DNA of 64,000 nucleotides from Octopus sinensis. Its lineage: Eukaryota. Positions 1 to 11,867 of this stretch are shown here, in pieces. The stretch covers positions 171,678,001 to 171,742,000 of the forward strand of contig NC_042998.1 in the NCBI RefSeq assembly GCF_006345805.1, in the 5' to 3' direction. The notes beneath the pieces were generated by a model. It was not told where the DNA came from. It saw nothing but the letters and a program-made list of their open reading frames with translations, and searched no databases. Each line of letters begins with the position of its first letter. Within the stretch, counting starts at the first letter, position 1. Both the position numbers and the translations under genes were made by a program.

Positions 1-329
1 CTCTGTCGAAAGACGCCTGTTGTTATTTCTTTTTGTTTGTATTCGTAATTGTGTACTATGTTCTCCGTTTTGTTTTTGTTGTTGTTGTTGTTTATTTGCT
101 TTGTTGCCGTACATATTAGCTAGCTTTCTTACAAAGGGGTCTAATGCTCTTAGCTTAGACTTTTTGAGGGCCAACCAGATCGAACCATCTCAAGTGTAAC
201 TGCCCGAAATGGTCATGACTTCTGGGACTTGACTGATGAAAGAAAGCCAAGAATGACTCGTCTTTTTTTGCCGGTCCTTCTAATTGTTGTTTCTCCTGTC
301 CGCCTTTTTATATATATTCATATGATGAC

Positions 330-680
330 CGAGGAAGACCATTGCTGACCTTCAGGAACATTGTGTGCTCTAGGACTAACTTATATTTTGCATTTGCAGC
401 TCCGTTAATGGCAAATGACCCTGTTCTTGACAAGCATACACGACAGGAAAAAAGTGTAGATCAAACGTTCCCCATTCACTACACCAGCATTGCGCTTTCG
501 AACAGCATGCTTAATTTCTTCATGCAGAATACGTGCTTTCTCAAAAGTGTCGTCTTCCATTGTTCTCCCTGTCAGTCTCCTGCATATCACAGGCCTTTAA
601 TGAGGACTTGACACAGTCCTTAAATAGCAGCCTTGGTTTCTGCCGGGGTCTCTTTCCATTCACAATTTCCCCATATAGTA
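330..680 (-). mobile_element. Degenerate 3' end of an RTE-type LINE ORF
   Basis: The minus strand reads ...KRPRQKPRLLFKDCVKSSLKAC..., which resembles the RTE C-terminal GRP(R/K)xxWxDxxKxDL segment. The reading frame is disrupted. Confidence 0.5.
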
Positions 681-688
681 TCTGCTTA

Positions 689-1371
689 GAAAAAGAACAG
701 GAGTAAGAATAAGAACAAACATGAGGATGTGAATGAAGTACATCTTAGTATAATGATTCGGGTATAGCAAGGGGAAATAAGATACAGACTTCCCGTGATT
801 TATTATAAGATCCATGTCATTTTGTCCAATCGTGGATAGGTGAATATAGTCATTCTCAGGAGGTGTTTTTCCAGAAGGGTAAATTTAGGCAGTAGTTCAA
901 CATTATGTTTACATAGAAGTTCAGTGGTGGGTTTGAAGATATGGTCTTTGTTACGGAGGTGAAAGTTTATATGTAATGTGCCAGTTAGTAAGTGCAACGT
1001 TGCGGATGGCATGGTATTAGCAGCTTATGCCATAAGTTTATGCCATACCATCCGCAACGTGGCACCTACTAACTGGCACTCCGTAACACGGACCATATCT
1101 TCAAACCCACCACTGAACTTCTATGTAAACATAAAGTGAACTACTGCCTATATTTACCCTTCTTGAAAAAAACCCTCCTGAGAACGACGACTATATTCAC
1201 GACTGTGATGTATTATAAGATCCATGTTATTTGGACAAAATAACATGGATCTTATAATGCATCACAGGAAGTCTGTATCTTATTTCCTCTTCCTATACCC
1301 AAATCATCATACTAAGATGTACTTCACTCACATCCTCATGTTTGTTCTTATACTTACTCCTATTCTTTTTC
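689..1371. repeat. ~680-bp imperfect fold-back (inverted repeat), probably PLE-derived
   Basis: 689-1015 is the reverse complement of ~1040-1371 (e.g. gaagttcagtggtgggtttgaagatatggtc vs gaccatatcttcaaacccaccactgaacttc). There is an extra hairpin at ~1212-1258. Confidence 0.85.
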
Positions 1372-1944
1372 CGCTCTTTTATATAAAAGACAAATACACT
1401 GTACCTGTTATTAACTGTTTCTTATATGTATTTGCCTTCCCAACCACTTAGACCCTCTGAAAAAGCCTAGAGACACATTCATCATCCGAGCCTTATCTAC
1501 CCATCCCAACAGAACACTGAAGAGATGGTGATTAGCTGGAGGATTTCGTTGCTTCTTGGCAGAAACGGCCGTAAGGAACTAGCACCGACTGACAATTTGC
1601 TCAGTTCTGTACTACTAATACATGTGTATGCATTCATATAATACATTGGAATAAATAGACATACCAGAATGTTTACCGGCTGATGTCTGTCGATTTTGTA
1701 TCCTCTCCACTGTTTTATTTGCCGTATACATCAAGGGTAAACCACTTTTTACCCCCGCCCATATATAACACTCAATTACGAGCTTGCCACGAAATAACTA
1801 ACCCTTGGGTTAGAATAATTGGGTACACTACCAGCAATATATTGGATGGGTACTATCCCTTAGTTGGTTTCTCAACCTCTAAATCACACAGATATATATA
1901 TCTGGGGTGGCTTCATTCGAAGGCTAAAGCAATGCGATCACGTG

Positions 1945-1961
1945 ATATATATATATATATA

Positions 1962-2011
<50 letters not shown>

Positions 2012-2012
2012 C

Positions 2013-2072
<60 letters not shown>

Positions 2073-2138
2073 CATATATATATATTCATATACATGCATA
2101 CATACATACATAGACACACACACACACACATACACACA

Positions 2139-2169
<31 letters not shown>

Positions 2170-2172
2170 CAC

Positions 2173-2214
<42 letters not shown>
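1945..2214. repeat. (TA)n/(CA)n compound microsatellite, representative of dozens in the window
   Basis: Seen directly. It explains the many YI/IY-rich spurious ORFs. Confidence 0.98.
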
Positions 2215-2215
<1 letters not shown>

Positions 2216-4080
2216 AATGAAAGACAGAAGATGGAATATACGAGAATTTATTATTAATCATGACAATTGTTTTTACACATCTAGCATCAACAACTGGTTC
2301 AGGAGCATCCAGTGGTGCAGATAACTGTCCCGCAATGTAACCTTCCGTTTTGTAGAGAGAAATGCAGCCAGACGGAGGAAATATCTTCATTTATATAGAA
2401 GATTAAAAAAAAGAAACGAACGCGCAATCTAGTGAGTATTAAAAATAACCGTTAACAGATATGGATGTATAAACGCCCTCGGGCAATCTGCATGGCCCGA
2501 GTACACTCTCTCATAGAAGCATCCACAAAATTGTGAGCATACGTACACGTGAGGTTTGGTGCACTCATGATCATAAAGGGAGTTAGTTATCTACTTGGTG
2601 TTTATAAGAATGGAGAGATTAAAAGTAAACTTATATCTTCCGTACTTTAAAATAAATTAAGTTAACGGTTACTACTTAAAATTCATTCTCACTGCATTGT
2701 GCGAAAGTACATTTATATGCGTGTAGGCATCTCGAGAGTCATTCAGAAATTCTATTAATTATCTTCTCAATTATCCACAGAATAGACAGGGATTCCTCGG
2801 AGCAGAGACGGCATCTCCTGGAAATTATATTGTATGGTTTTGCATACCTTACTATGGACCAGTTAATGCTGTACTTCGTTTTGTCCTCCTTCAGTCGCCA
2901 TACAAAATTTGCCAAAAATGTTAAATATCTCTTATTTATTGTCTTAAAGCTGGCAACATGGTTACGATAGCGATTCGTAAATGAATCAGCCGTCTGCCCA
3001 ATGTAAACATAGAGCCCTCCCCATGTGTGCACGGTACATTTATATTCAAGTTTTGTACTCATACAGAGATTCATCAAAGGACATTTTGATTTTTCTCTGC
3101 ATGAGCATTTATCGTATTTATTTGTATATAAGGCATTCCCGACTCCATTTACCGGCGTTGTTACCGTGCTAGCTGTATTTCTACTACTACAAATTGGTCG
3201 TAGTTAGTGTTTATCAATGCAGTTTACATCTCCTTGGTTGGTATTTAGATGTAAATGTTCGCTAGTCCCAGTAGGTGGGTTATTGAACATTTGCTGCATT
3301 TTGCTATTGTTTATGCTATGCATAATTTGCTCTAAATCAACCGAGTTGGCGTAGGATACCTTCATGGTGTGTCGATTAAAAATAGCATGACAACCGATTA
3401 GGTTTAGGAAAATACTTGTCCAAAGCAGTAAAACATTTTCCAGCGATTTTGGTTGAACCATGCAAACCGAAAATCGGGTTTGAACTAGAGGACATCCTTT
3501 TTCCTATATCTGTTGTTAGGTTTATTTGATCGAGTGTGTTGTAAAAGGATTGGAAGAAGCAGTTGGATTATATGTCACGTGTGTATATGAATTTTCGTTG
3601 GTAGTTCATTGATATGACCAATTCTTTCTGGCCAGTATTTTTTTATCTGAATGAATTCTCAAACGGTAACAATGTGCATCACAGTTGGAGGAATAATCAG
3701 TGTTGTGTATGCCTGCTTGTTGTATATATTGAATTTTTTCACAGTACCCAGCCCGAGCTAGAGCAGCATTATAACAAGTTGCATGAGATTCGGAAATTTT
3801 ATTGTTAGAATTAATCTAGAGATTCGTGTAGAAATATTCTTAATTAGTCCCCGTATAATCGAAGGTGGGTGGTTGGATGCTACGTTAATGTACTTAATAT
3901 GATCATTTGGCTTATGAAATGGTTCGAATAATCCAGTATCAAGACAGAAGGTAGCGTAAAGAACATTCACTCTACGATAATCTTTACCTATAGTAATGTT
4001 TAGCGCTAATTTTTTGAAAAATCTAAAGAACTTTTTCCTATGCCTTTCTAACTGTACTTTAATACTTATATCTAGAAAAA
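2215..4080 (-). mobile_element. Degenerate Naiad-like Penelope element (RT thumb, linker, GIY-YIG)
   Basis: ORF pieces FEPFHKPNDHIKYINVASNHPPSII (thumb), IFNRHTMKVSY (linker) and VYIGQTADSFTNRYRNH...WRLKE...CRLCSEE (GIY-YIG). It has stops and frameshifts and is flanked by (TA)n. Confidence 0.85.
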
Positions 4081-4174
4081 TTAAGGTGTCATCCCAATAT
4101 AGATCCCGTTACTTCCGGAAAGGAAGACTGGATTAATGAAAGGACATATATTCTGACTATATATATATATATAG

Positions 4175-4224
<50 letters not shown>

Positions 4225-4437
4225 TATATGAATATATATATTAACAATTAAGGATAACTTCTTAATAAGGAATCTTAACAAGAAATTATCCGGTAGTTAG
4301 CGTGAAAAACCTCATAAGAGAAAAAATTCGAAAAAACTTTTTTCTTTTGAACATATTAATTTATATTATATAGAGGGCATTATTACACATAAATGCCTCA
4401 CACTAAGAGGGACATAAGTATTTACTACCAAAAAATT

Positions 4438-4486
<49 letters not shown>

Positions 4487-4544
4487 ATATTATATGATTG
4501 AACGCCACGCATCAATTTCCAAGAAAGTACATATATATATATAT

Positions 4545-4910
4545 CACCGTGATATAATATCTCTCAGATGTTGCGACACACCGCTGGTCACAATGCGCTT
4601 CGCGTTGTTTTAAATGACGCCACCCCGCTGGCTAAGCGAGCAAATTTTCAACCCGGTAAAGTGGAAGCGGATTTGTAATTTAAACGCAGAAATCTAACCC
4701 TGCTGGCTAAGCGAACAGGCCAACAGAAGAAAGAGTGAAAGAAAGTTGTGGCGAAAGAGTACAGCAGGGATCGCCACCACCTCCTGCCGGAGCCTCGTGG
4801 AGCTTTAGGTGTTTTCGCTCAATAAACACTCACAATGCCCGGTCTGGGAATCGAAACCGCAATCCCCCGACGACGAGTCCGCTGCCCTAACCACTGGGCC
4901 ATTGCGCCTC

Positions 4911-4911
<1 letters not shown>
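4545..4911 (-). mobile_element. tRNA-derived SINE (resembles octopus OR-type families)
   Basis: Minus-strand head ggaggcgcaatggcccagtggttagggcagcgg with an A box and a B box (ggtttcgattccc). The same family recurs at ~32188-32485, ~42185-42365 and ~45835-45935. Confidence 0.8.
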
Positions 4912-4951
<40 letters not shown>

Positions 4952-4961
4952 TTTATATATA

Positions 4962-5053
<92 letters not shown>

Positions 5054-6382
5054 TAGCTTAAGGTGACCCGCTCTACGCGCGGGTGAGGTTGTGGTTGTTA
5101 CTTTCTGTTGCTTCCTTTCTTTTTTATCGCCACATTCTCCCTCTTTGTTTCTCTATCCTTTCTAATTTTCCCACTCTCTTACTCTTCCTTTCTCTCGGAC
5201 TTTCCCTCGCTTTCTCTTACTCGCAATCTTTCTCTATCTATCTCTCTGCCATTTATAAAAAAATTAGATTTCTGCGTTTAAATTACAAATCCGCTTCCAC
5301 TTTACCGTGTTGAAAATTTGACTGAAATCGGGCAAAAGGTGTCCGATCTAGCCAACCAAGTGTCCCCCCAAATCAATAAAATCCCTGTTTTCACAGCAAA
5401 GCAACCACTATAGCGTCACAAAACGTCTCCCAATCAATTTACCCCATCAAATTACACCCTCCTGTAAATTTGAATCCCCTTCCAACCCCATTTAGACCCC
5501 TTTTGACATAAAAATCCAATTTGTATCTACGTTCGTCTTCTTCATTTTATAGATAAAATTAGTTGCCAATCGTGCCAATCTGGAGGGGCTTAGAGCCCCC
5601 TTGAATCTTCACCATAGCAACTGCATCTTTTCAGATTGTGAGTTTTAATCTACTCAACTCTCTGCCTCATCACGCCTTCTTAGCCTGTGTCAATTTCCAG
5701 CTCGATCTGACCACTGGTCTGGCCGCCAACCTCTGACGTAGCAAAATATGTATATATACACACAATTTTGACCCAAAGCCTCTTTTATGTATAGAGATAG
5801 CAGAAAAACCCGGTCTTGCTCGGGATTAAAATAGTTTATCATTGTTTTATTTGTTTCGGTATTATAACCCGATTTCATTCGGGTCTACGCGGGCCACACA
5901 TTAAAAGATGAGGAATTTTGCCCTAGAGGCCACACCTTTCAATTGAGCAAACTCAAAGTTACCATGCAAACTCACCAGGACTTTTAACATAGGTGTGCAA
6001 ATTTTCAGCTCAATCCAACCATATTTACTAACACTTTTGCCTGTATAACTGTTGGGAGACAACGTCTGCTCTTTTCACAAATATGTAGTAGACCTACAGA
6101 AATACCTGACCTTACTTGGGATTAAAATAGCATAGTTCTTCATTGTTTTACTTGTTTGGTTAATATAACCCGATCTCATTCGCGTGTAATCGGGCCACAT
6201 TTTAAAAGATGAGGAATTTTGTCTTAGAGGTCACGCCTTTCATTTGAGGAAAAAATAGTTGTCATACAAACTCGCCATCACTTTTAACATCGGTGTGCAA
6301 ATTTTCAGCTCAACCGACCTCATAATGCACACATAATATATATATATACGCATTAAATATATATATGTACATATATATGCAT

Positions 6383-6413
<31 letters not shown>

Positions 6414-6448
6414 ACAAATTAGATATATATGTATGTGTGTGTGTACAA

Positions 6449-6481
<33 letters not shown>

Positions 6482-6694
6482 ATAATGAAATAGAAAGATG
6501 AATAATCTTGTAGTAGATTAATCAAAAGTTTAACCGATACCTTAGTAGCAAAAATCACAGCAGTAAACAGCACGGTTGGAGGTACAACCATCTGGCGTTG
6601 GCAACCGTGCGTTGGTGCGGATAATTGAAATTAAAACGTTATTGGTGAATTGAAGAAATGGAGCTGAACGCAGATTGAACAGAAATCGTTTTAT

Positions 6695-6780
6695 TTCATT
6701 CTACACGTGTTTCGAAAGGCACAAATTACCAAAATCCGATTGAATAATGGACCATATTGTGTCTTTCTCTTCAGGAAGAA
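6695..6780 (-). ncRNA. Type I hammerhead ribozyme with extended stem II (sense to the PLE ORF)
   Basis: ttc-ttc CTGAAGA gaaagacacaa...ttgtgcctttc GAAA cacgtg TA gaa-t-gaa. Stem III is palindromic. Confidence 0.75.
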
Positions 6781-7961
6781 AAAAGGAAATCCGCTGGAAA
6801 AACAAAAACAGAACAGAGGCGGAGCAAAAGCAAATCGAACTATGCTCCTAAGAGCCCATGGCGAAACTGTTTATCAGTGTATTTGAGAACCGGTGGCTGA
6901 AGAATTCAACGGGTCAGGCATCGGTCAATCATGTGGGTGAGGGTGTATAGATGTTCTTTGTGACCGAGCATAAAGTTCTGACTATTTAAGGAATATTGGA
7001 TGTTTTATAAGGGGCGAGAAAAAATCTACTTAGAGACGTGGTGTGTGTATACTGTTCTATATATGTGTGTGTTGGCGTAGGGGTAGAAAACATTTTTGTG
7101 TACGTGTGTGCGTTTGATCGTTCGGCTGTCAGTGGCTACTGCCGTGATAACCGTTGGGTGGCAGAAAGAAAAAAAATATATATATATTATGTTTTATGTG
7201 TGTGTGTGTTCATCTAAGCCTGCCTTGTCAAGGAAACCCCCGCTGTGAAAAAACCAAGCCCCGTTTGTCTTACAGGAGTAATTCCCCTTGCAGTGGTTTA
7301 ATCGAGATATCTTAAAGGCTATTTCAGAATTTGTTACCAAGGGCTATGGGTGCCGGTATATTTTAAACGCTATTTAAAAGCCAGATAAGTGTAACGCCGC
7401 CAATGGGGGCATCGAAAAGCCGACTGTAAGAGCCCGTTTACCATCCGGCCTCTGGCAAACAAAATATGGAAGAGTTCGGAGACACAAAGGTTGCACTGTC
7501 TTCTGCCCCTATCAAATGGGAGGGCCACCGACAAAATTGACCATTCCAGCCTATAGCTTAAGTTCGTATCCTTCAGTCGCCATATTAGCTTACTGAGTCC
7601 CGTGGTCTGGCGCTTGTTCACGTCCCGAAAAGTTGCGTAATGGTTGGAGACACGCAAAAACAATCTTGAGGATGATGCCCCTACATAAGTGAAGACATCT
7701 GAGTCCGTGTAAACCTTGCATTGGTAGACGGCGTTTTTGATCTTGGAGTTCGCCGACGTGAATCTTAATCTGCTCGGTCACAAAGAACATCTATACACCC
7801 TCACCCACATGATTGACCGATGCCTGACCCGTTGAATTCTTCAGCCACCGGTTCTCAACATACACTGATAAACAGTTTCGCCATGGGCTCTTAGGAGCAT
7901 AGTTCGATTTGCTTTTGCTCCGCCTCTGTTCTGTTTTTGTTTTTCCAGCGGATTTCCTTTT

Positions 7962-8048
7962 TTCTTCCTGAAGAGAAAGACACAATATGGTCCCATTATT
8001 CAATCGGATTTTGGTAATTTGTGCCTTTCGAAACACGTGTAGAATGAA
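7962..8048 (+). ncRNA. Inverted copy of the extended-stem-II hammerhead ribozyme
   Basis: Same motif on the plus strand: CTGAAGA at 7968, GAAA at 8030, cacgtg-TA at 8034-8041. Confidence 0.75.
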
Positions 8049-8756
8049 ATAAAACGATTTCTGTTCAATCTGCGTTCAGCTCCATTTCTTCAATTCACCA
8101 ATAACGTTTTATATATATATATATATATATAAATACAGATATATACACTTTGTATATATACATATTTATATATAGATACAGACATACACACAAACACATA
8201 TAAATTAACCCAATAAATATCTGATTTATAATATTTGTTCTCATGATTGTGTAGTGGTGGTGGCGATAATAAAACTCCCTATGAATCCTGCAGACGTACA
8301 GAGAGAGAGAGAGGGGGGGGCAGTGGATGAAAGAGTGACAGCACTGGCGAAGGCGGCGGGGGAAAGATAGTAGTAACTGTCAAACGTCGTTATAGAGAGA
8401 AAGTGATGGGAAGGAAGGAAACAGAGAGAGACGGAGGAAGACAGGCAGATAAGAGAAGACTTATCAAAGTGTGCGTTTTTTGCTCTTTTTAAGATACGGA
8501 TTTCTAACCTAGCCCACTCACATCCCCACCTCATTTTACATGTCGCTGTAAATTTTGGAGTCAATCCAACGGGATCTAGTGCCCTTTAACCCGTTCCAAT
8601 ACTAAAACCAGACAAACTTTCTCATTTCAGATTTATAGATATTGATATGTATATGAATGTATATATATATATATGTATGTATGTATGTATATCTATATAC
8701 TATATATATATGTGTCTGTGTGTGTGTGTATGTATGTATGTATGTATGTATGTATC

Positions 8757-8950
8757 AATCTAAAAAGATGAAATGCGAAAAGTTTGTCTCATTTTGCGAT
8801 TGGAACGGGTTAAGGAGCACTAGATGGGATCGGATTGGCTCCAAAATTTACAGGGACATGTAAAAAGAGGCGAGGAAGTGAGTGGACTAGGTTAGAAATC
8901 CCTATCTCAAAAGCTGTGGTTATTAGGGCAACAAAACACACAGTTTGACA
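8757..8950 (+). mobile_element. 5' fragment of the same Helitron-like family, head-to-head with the 5053-8639 copy
   Basis: tctaaaaagatgaaatgcgaaaagtttg...ttggaacgggttaagg matches 33837 onwards. Confidence 0.65.
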
Positions 8951-9215
8951 AGCCAGCATGGAAAGTGGACGTTAAACGATGATGATGATGATATGTATAT
9001 ATGTACACGTATGAATATAAATATATACATATATGGAAAATATATATATATATACACATATATACATATATATATACATATGTATAAATATATATATGAT
9101 TATGATATACATATACCGTTTATATATATGTGTGTGTATATATATATATGTATATATACTTAATATATATATATATACGTATATATATATATGCTTGTGA
9201 ATATATATACATAAC

Positions 9216-9256
<41 letters not shown>

Positions 9257-9272
9257 TATATACATATACATG

Positions 9273-9315
<43 letters not shown>

Positions 9316-9376
9316 TATATACATATACATGTATATATATATATATATAGGTATATATATACATATATATATACAT

Positions 9377-9423
<47 letters not shown>

Positions 9424-9479
9424 ATATGTGTGTGTACGTGTACGTATGTATCTATATACATATGAAAATATATAGTAGA

Positions 9480-10425
9480 TATAAAATAGTGTACATGTAA
9501 ACACCAGTGAAAACTACTTTTAACAGGAAATGTTTACCCGTTAGAAGAAGCAGTCAAAACGAGTACTGATTATACACTGGTATATAGAATTTATAATTTT
9601 AGAGTTACTTGACATAAACTTAATTCTGTTGGAATTGACTTCAGATACAATAACCTTGTTATCCACATTTCTAGAGGGATGGATGGTATAAGCTAAATTA
9701 ATGTTAGTATTAGTAAATGTATTAATATTTAACAGCTTGTTATTACGTGAGGAGATAATTTGTAAGAGTACTCTTAATAAAGTACGATTTTACATTGGAA
9801 GCACGTCGTTACAGCTATCCAAAAGAATTTCTATCCATTACTCAACATTTAGGGATAGGAATAAACGTAACAGTACAGGGCTCAGTAAATTAATTTGCGA
9901 TCTAAAAGACCACAATGAACAATTTAATTTAGAATGGTTGACTCTCTCAATCTCGATACCTTCTGACAAAGGAATTCTGTCTTCTCTGTAATTCTGAACT
10001 ATTTTTCATCATTTTTTCTAAAAATCCCCTAGTAAATACGGTTATAGAGCGTGTACCGATGTAAACACTGGCAAAAACACATCTTTAGTTCATATAAGTA
10101 ATCTCTATCATTATATATAATTTAAACATTAATTTTCTTTTTATATTTAACATTCACTAAAAAGAATATCCCTCCCCTTTCTTTAGGCTTCTTCTAACGT
10201 TATATCATATAACGTTTTTCAAACAATATTAATAGCGTTCAGTAAATCACTATACATATCCATCACTTTCTGTTAAAATGTCTTATTGACGAGTTTTATT
10301 TCTTCACTTCCATGAAGAGAAAATTACATTGCTTTATACCATTTATTCCTTTGGAATAATATCAGTGAAATCTTCGAAACATGTGTCGGAAGTAAAAGTA
10401 TTTGAATTATACCTGCGTTAAACTC
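9480..10425 (+). mobile_element. PLE 3' fragment: GIY-YIG remnant plus degenerate hammerhead
   Basis: ORF 9701-9991 reads ICKSTLNKVRFYIGSTS...NSTGLSKLICDLKD...EW. A hammerhead-like motif lies at 10307-10392 (cttcc atgaaga...ttc GAAA catgtg TC ggaag). Confidence 0.75.
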
Positions 10426-10484
10426 CATTTATATATATATATATATATATATATTAACATATATTAATATATATATATACATAA

Positions 10485-10529
<45 letters not shown>

Positions 10530-10570
10530 TATAAATATGTATATATATATATATATATGAATATGAATAT

Positions 10571-10928
10571 CTCTTATATAAAATCCATTCGGTGTGTGTG
10601 TGGCTTCTATGATCTCGGGCATCCTCCATCCGATTGCGCTCAAATTTGATATGTAGATACCGACGGTATCAGGGCGTGTATAAATCTTGAAAAAATTACA
10701 AAAATCGATTCCAGGAGAGAATGAGATCGATAAAGCCGTGGGAAATCGTTTTTCTTTGGAATAGAAAAATAAGTCTATCGTTATTTCTTCTTTTGCTGGT
10801 GTCTCAAATTTAGGTTAAATCGGTGTTTCTCAAAGGGACGGTCGGACAAGTTATTTTGAGAAAGTTTGGTTTGAATGTTTGATAACTCAGCACCGTCCAT
10901 TGGACGGGGGAAGAGGCATTTTGCTCGT
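10571..10928 (+). mobile_element. Short non-autonomous Helitron-like element
   Basis: Starts tctcttatataaaa. It has a subterminal hairpin (ccgtcc-attg-gacgg) and a CTCG end, and lies in (TA)n. Confidence 0.5.
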
Positions 10929-10966
<38 letters not shown>

Positions 10967-10970
10967 TATA

Positions 10971-11016
<46 letters not shown>

Positions 11017-11599
11017 AAGAGTGAAAAAACTAACGAAAGCTTGTGTTATATGGTTATAGAATATATTTAAATCGTTATGTTAGAAAAATGTTATAAAATT
11101 TTGCGTATAGTAACATAGTTTTTGGAGAAATAACCGGTTTCGTATTGTCATTTCAAATTTCTCAATTTTCTTTACCTATATCGTGTCATGTCTTCTCTAT
11201 GTTGTGAAATATAGAGTTCCAAGCAGGGGAAGGTAATCAGGGATTTTTTTTCCGTTATGAGGGAGATAATCTAAAATTTTGGGAATGACTAGGCTTGAGT
11301 AATTTAACATGATTTGGTTTAGAAGGAACAGAGTGTTACGAGTGGTTAGGTTTTGCTTTATATTTTTTTCAATGAGGTAAGTTTCCTTATTTAAAAATGT
11401 TAGAATGGTTAAGTTTTAGCTAATATTTTTCAACGAAGAAGGTTTCTTATATATATCTATATCTTATATATATATATATATATAATATATATATATATAT
11501 TATATATGAATCATCAGCCCTCAGTCAAATCCGTCCTACACATAGTAGCATGTCAAGCAGACATGAAATGACGATGATGATGATGACAATATTATGAAG

Positions 11600-11632
<33 letters not shown>

Positions 11633-11824
11633 TATATATATATATATAATAATAAATATTACGGAATAAATCCAAATTACAGGGAAAAAATCAGATTTAG
11701 GATTAAATCCAATTTTATAGTAAAATATTATAAAAATTATTAGAGACAAAACCACTATTTTGCAAAAAAAACAAGGAAAGACTTAATCAATACATAAAAT
11801 TTTAATAAATAGTCAAAAAAACCG

Positions 11825-11867
11825 CCACTACAATTGTTTCTTGTCTTGATCGGCAATCTTCAGGTGG
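11825..11867 (-). ncRNA. Minimal type I hammerhead ribozyme, copy 1
   Basis: Minus strand: ccac CTGAAGA ttgccgatcaagacaa GAAA caattg TA gtgg. Stem I is ccac/gtgg and stem III is the palindrome caattg. Confidence 0.85.

Larger units (their letters stand above)
6480..8110 (-). mobile_element. 5'-truncated Naiad-like PLE with inverted pLTR copy
   Basis: GIY-YIG remnant AVYQCKV...TYVGASSSRL / TTGLSKLIWRLKD...CNLCVSE...CPH at 7370-7760. The 6633-6970 segment is repeated inverted at 7761-8110. Both ends abut (TA)n. Confidence 0.85.
5053..8639 (-). mobile_element. Non-autonomous Helitron-like element, split by a PLE inserted in its internal (TA)n
   Basis: The minus strand ends with a hairpin (acccgc...gcgggt) plus CTAG at 5053 and starts TCTATAAA at ~8639. 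Segments 5053-6350 and 8130-8639 are colinear with the uninterrupted copy at 33837-35861. Confidence 0.75.

Noticed and set aside
1517-1573. CTGAAGA...GAAA-cggccg-TA as a functional hammerhead
   Set aside because: I could not find stem I or a clear stem II pairing. At best it is a decayed copy.
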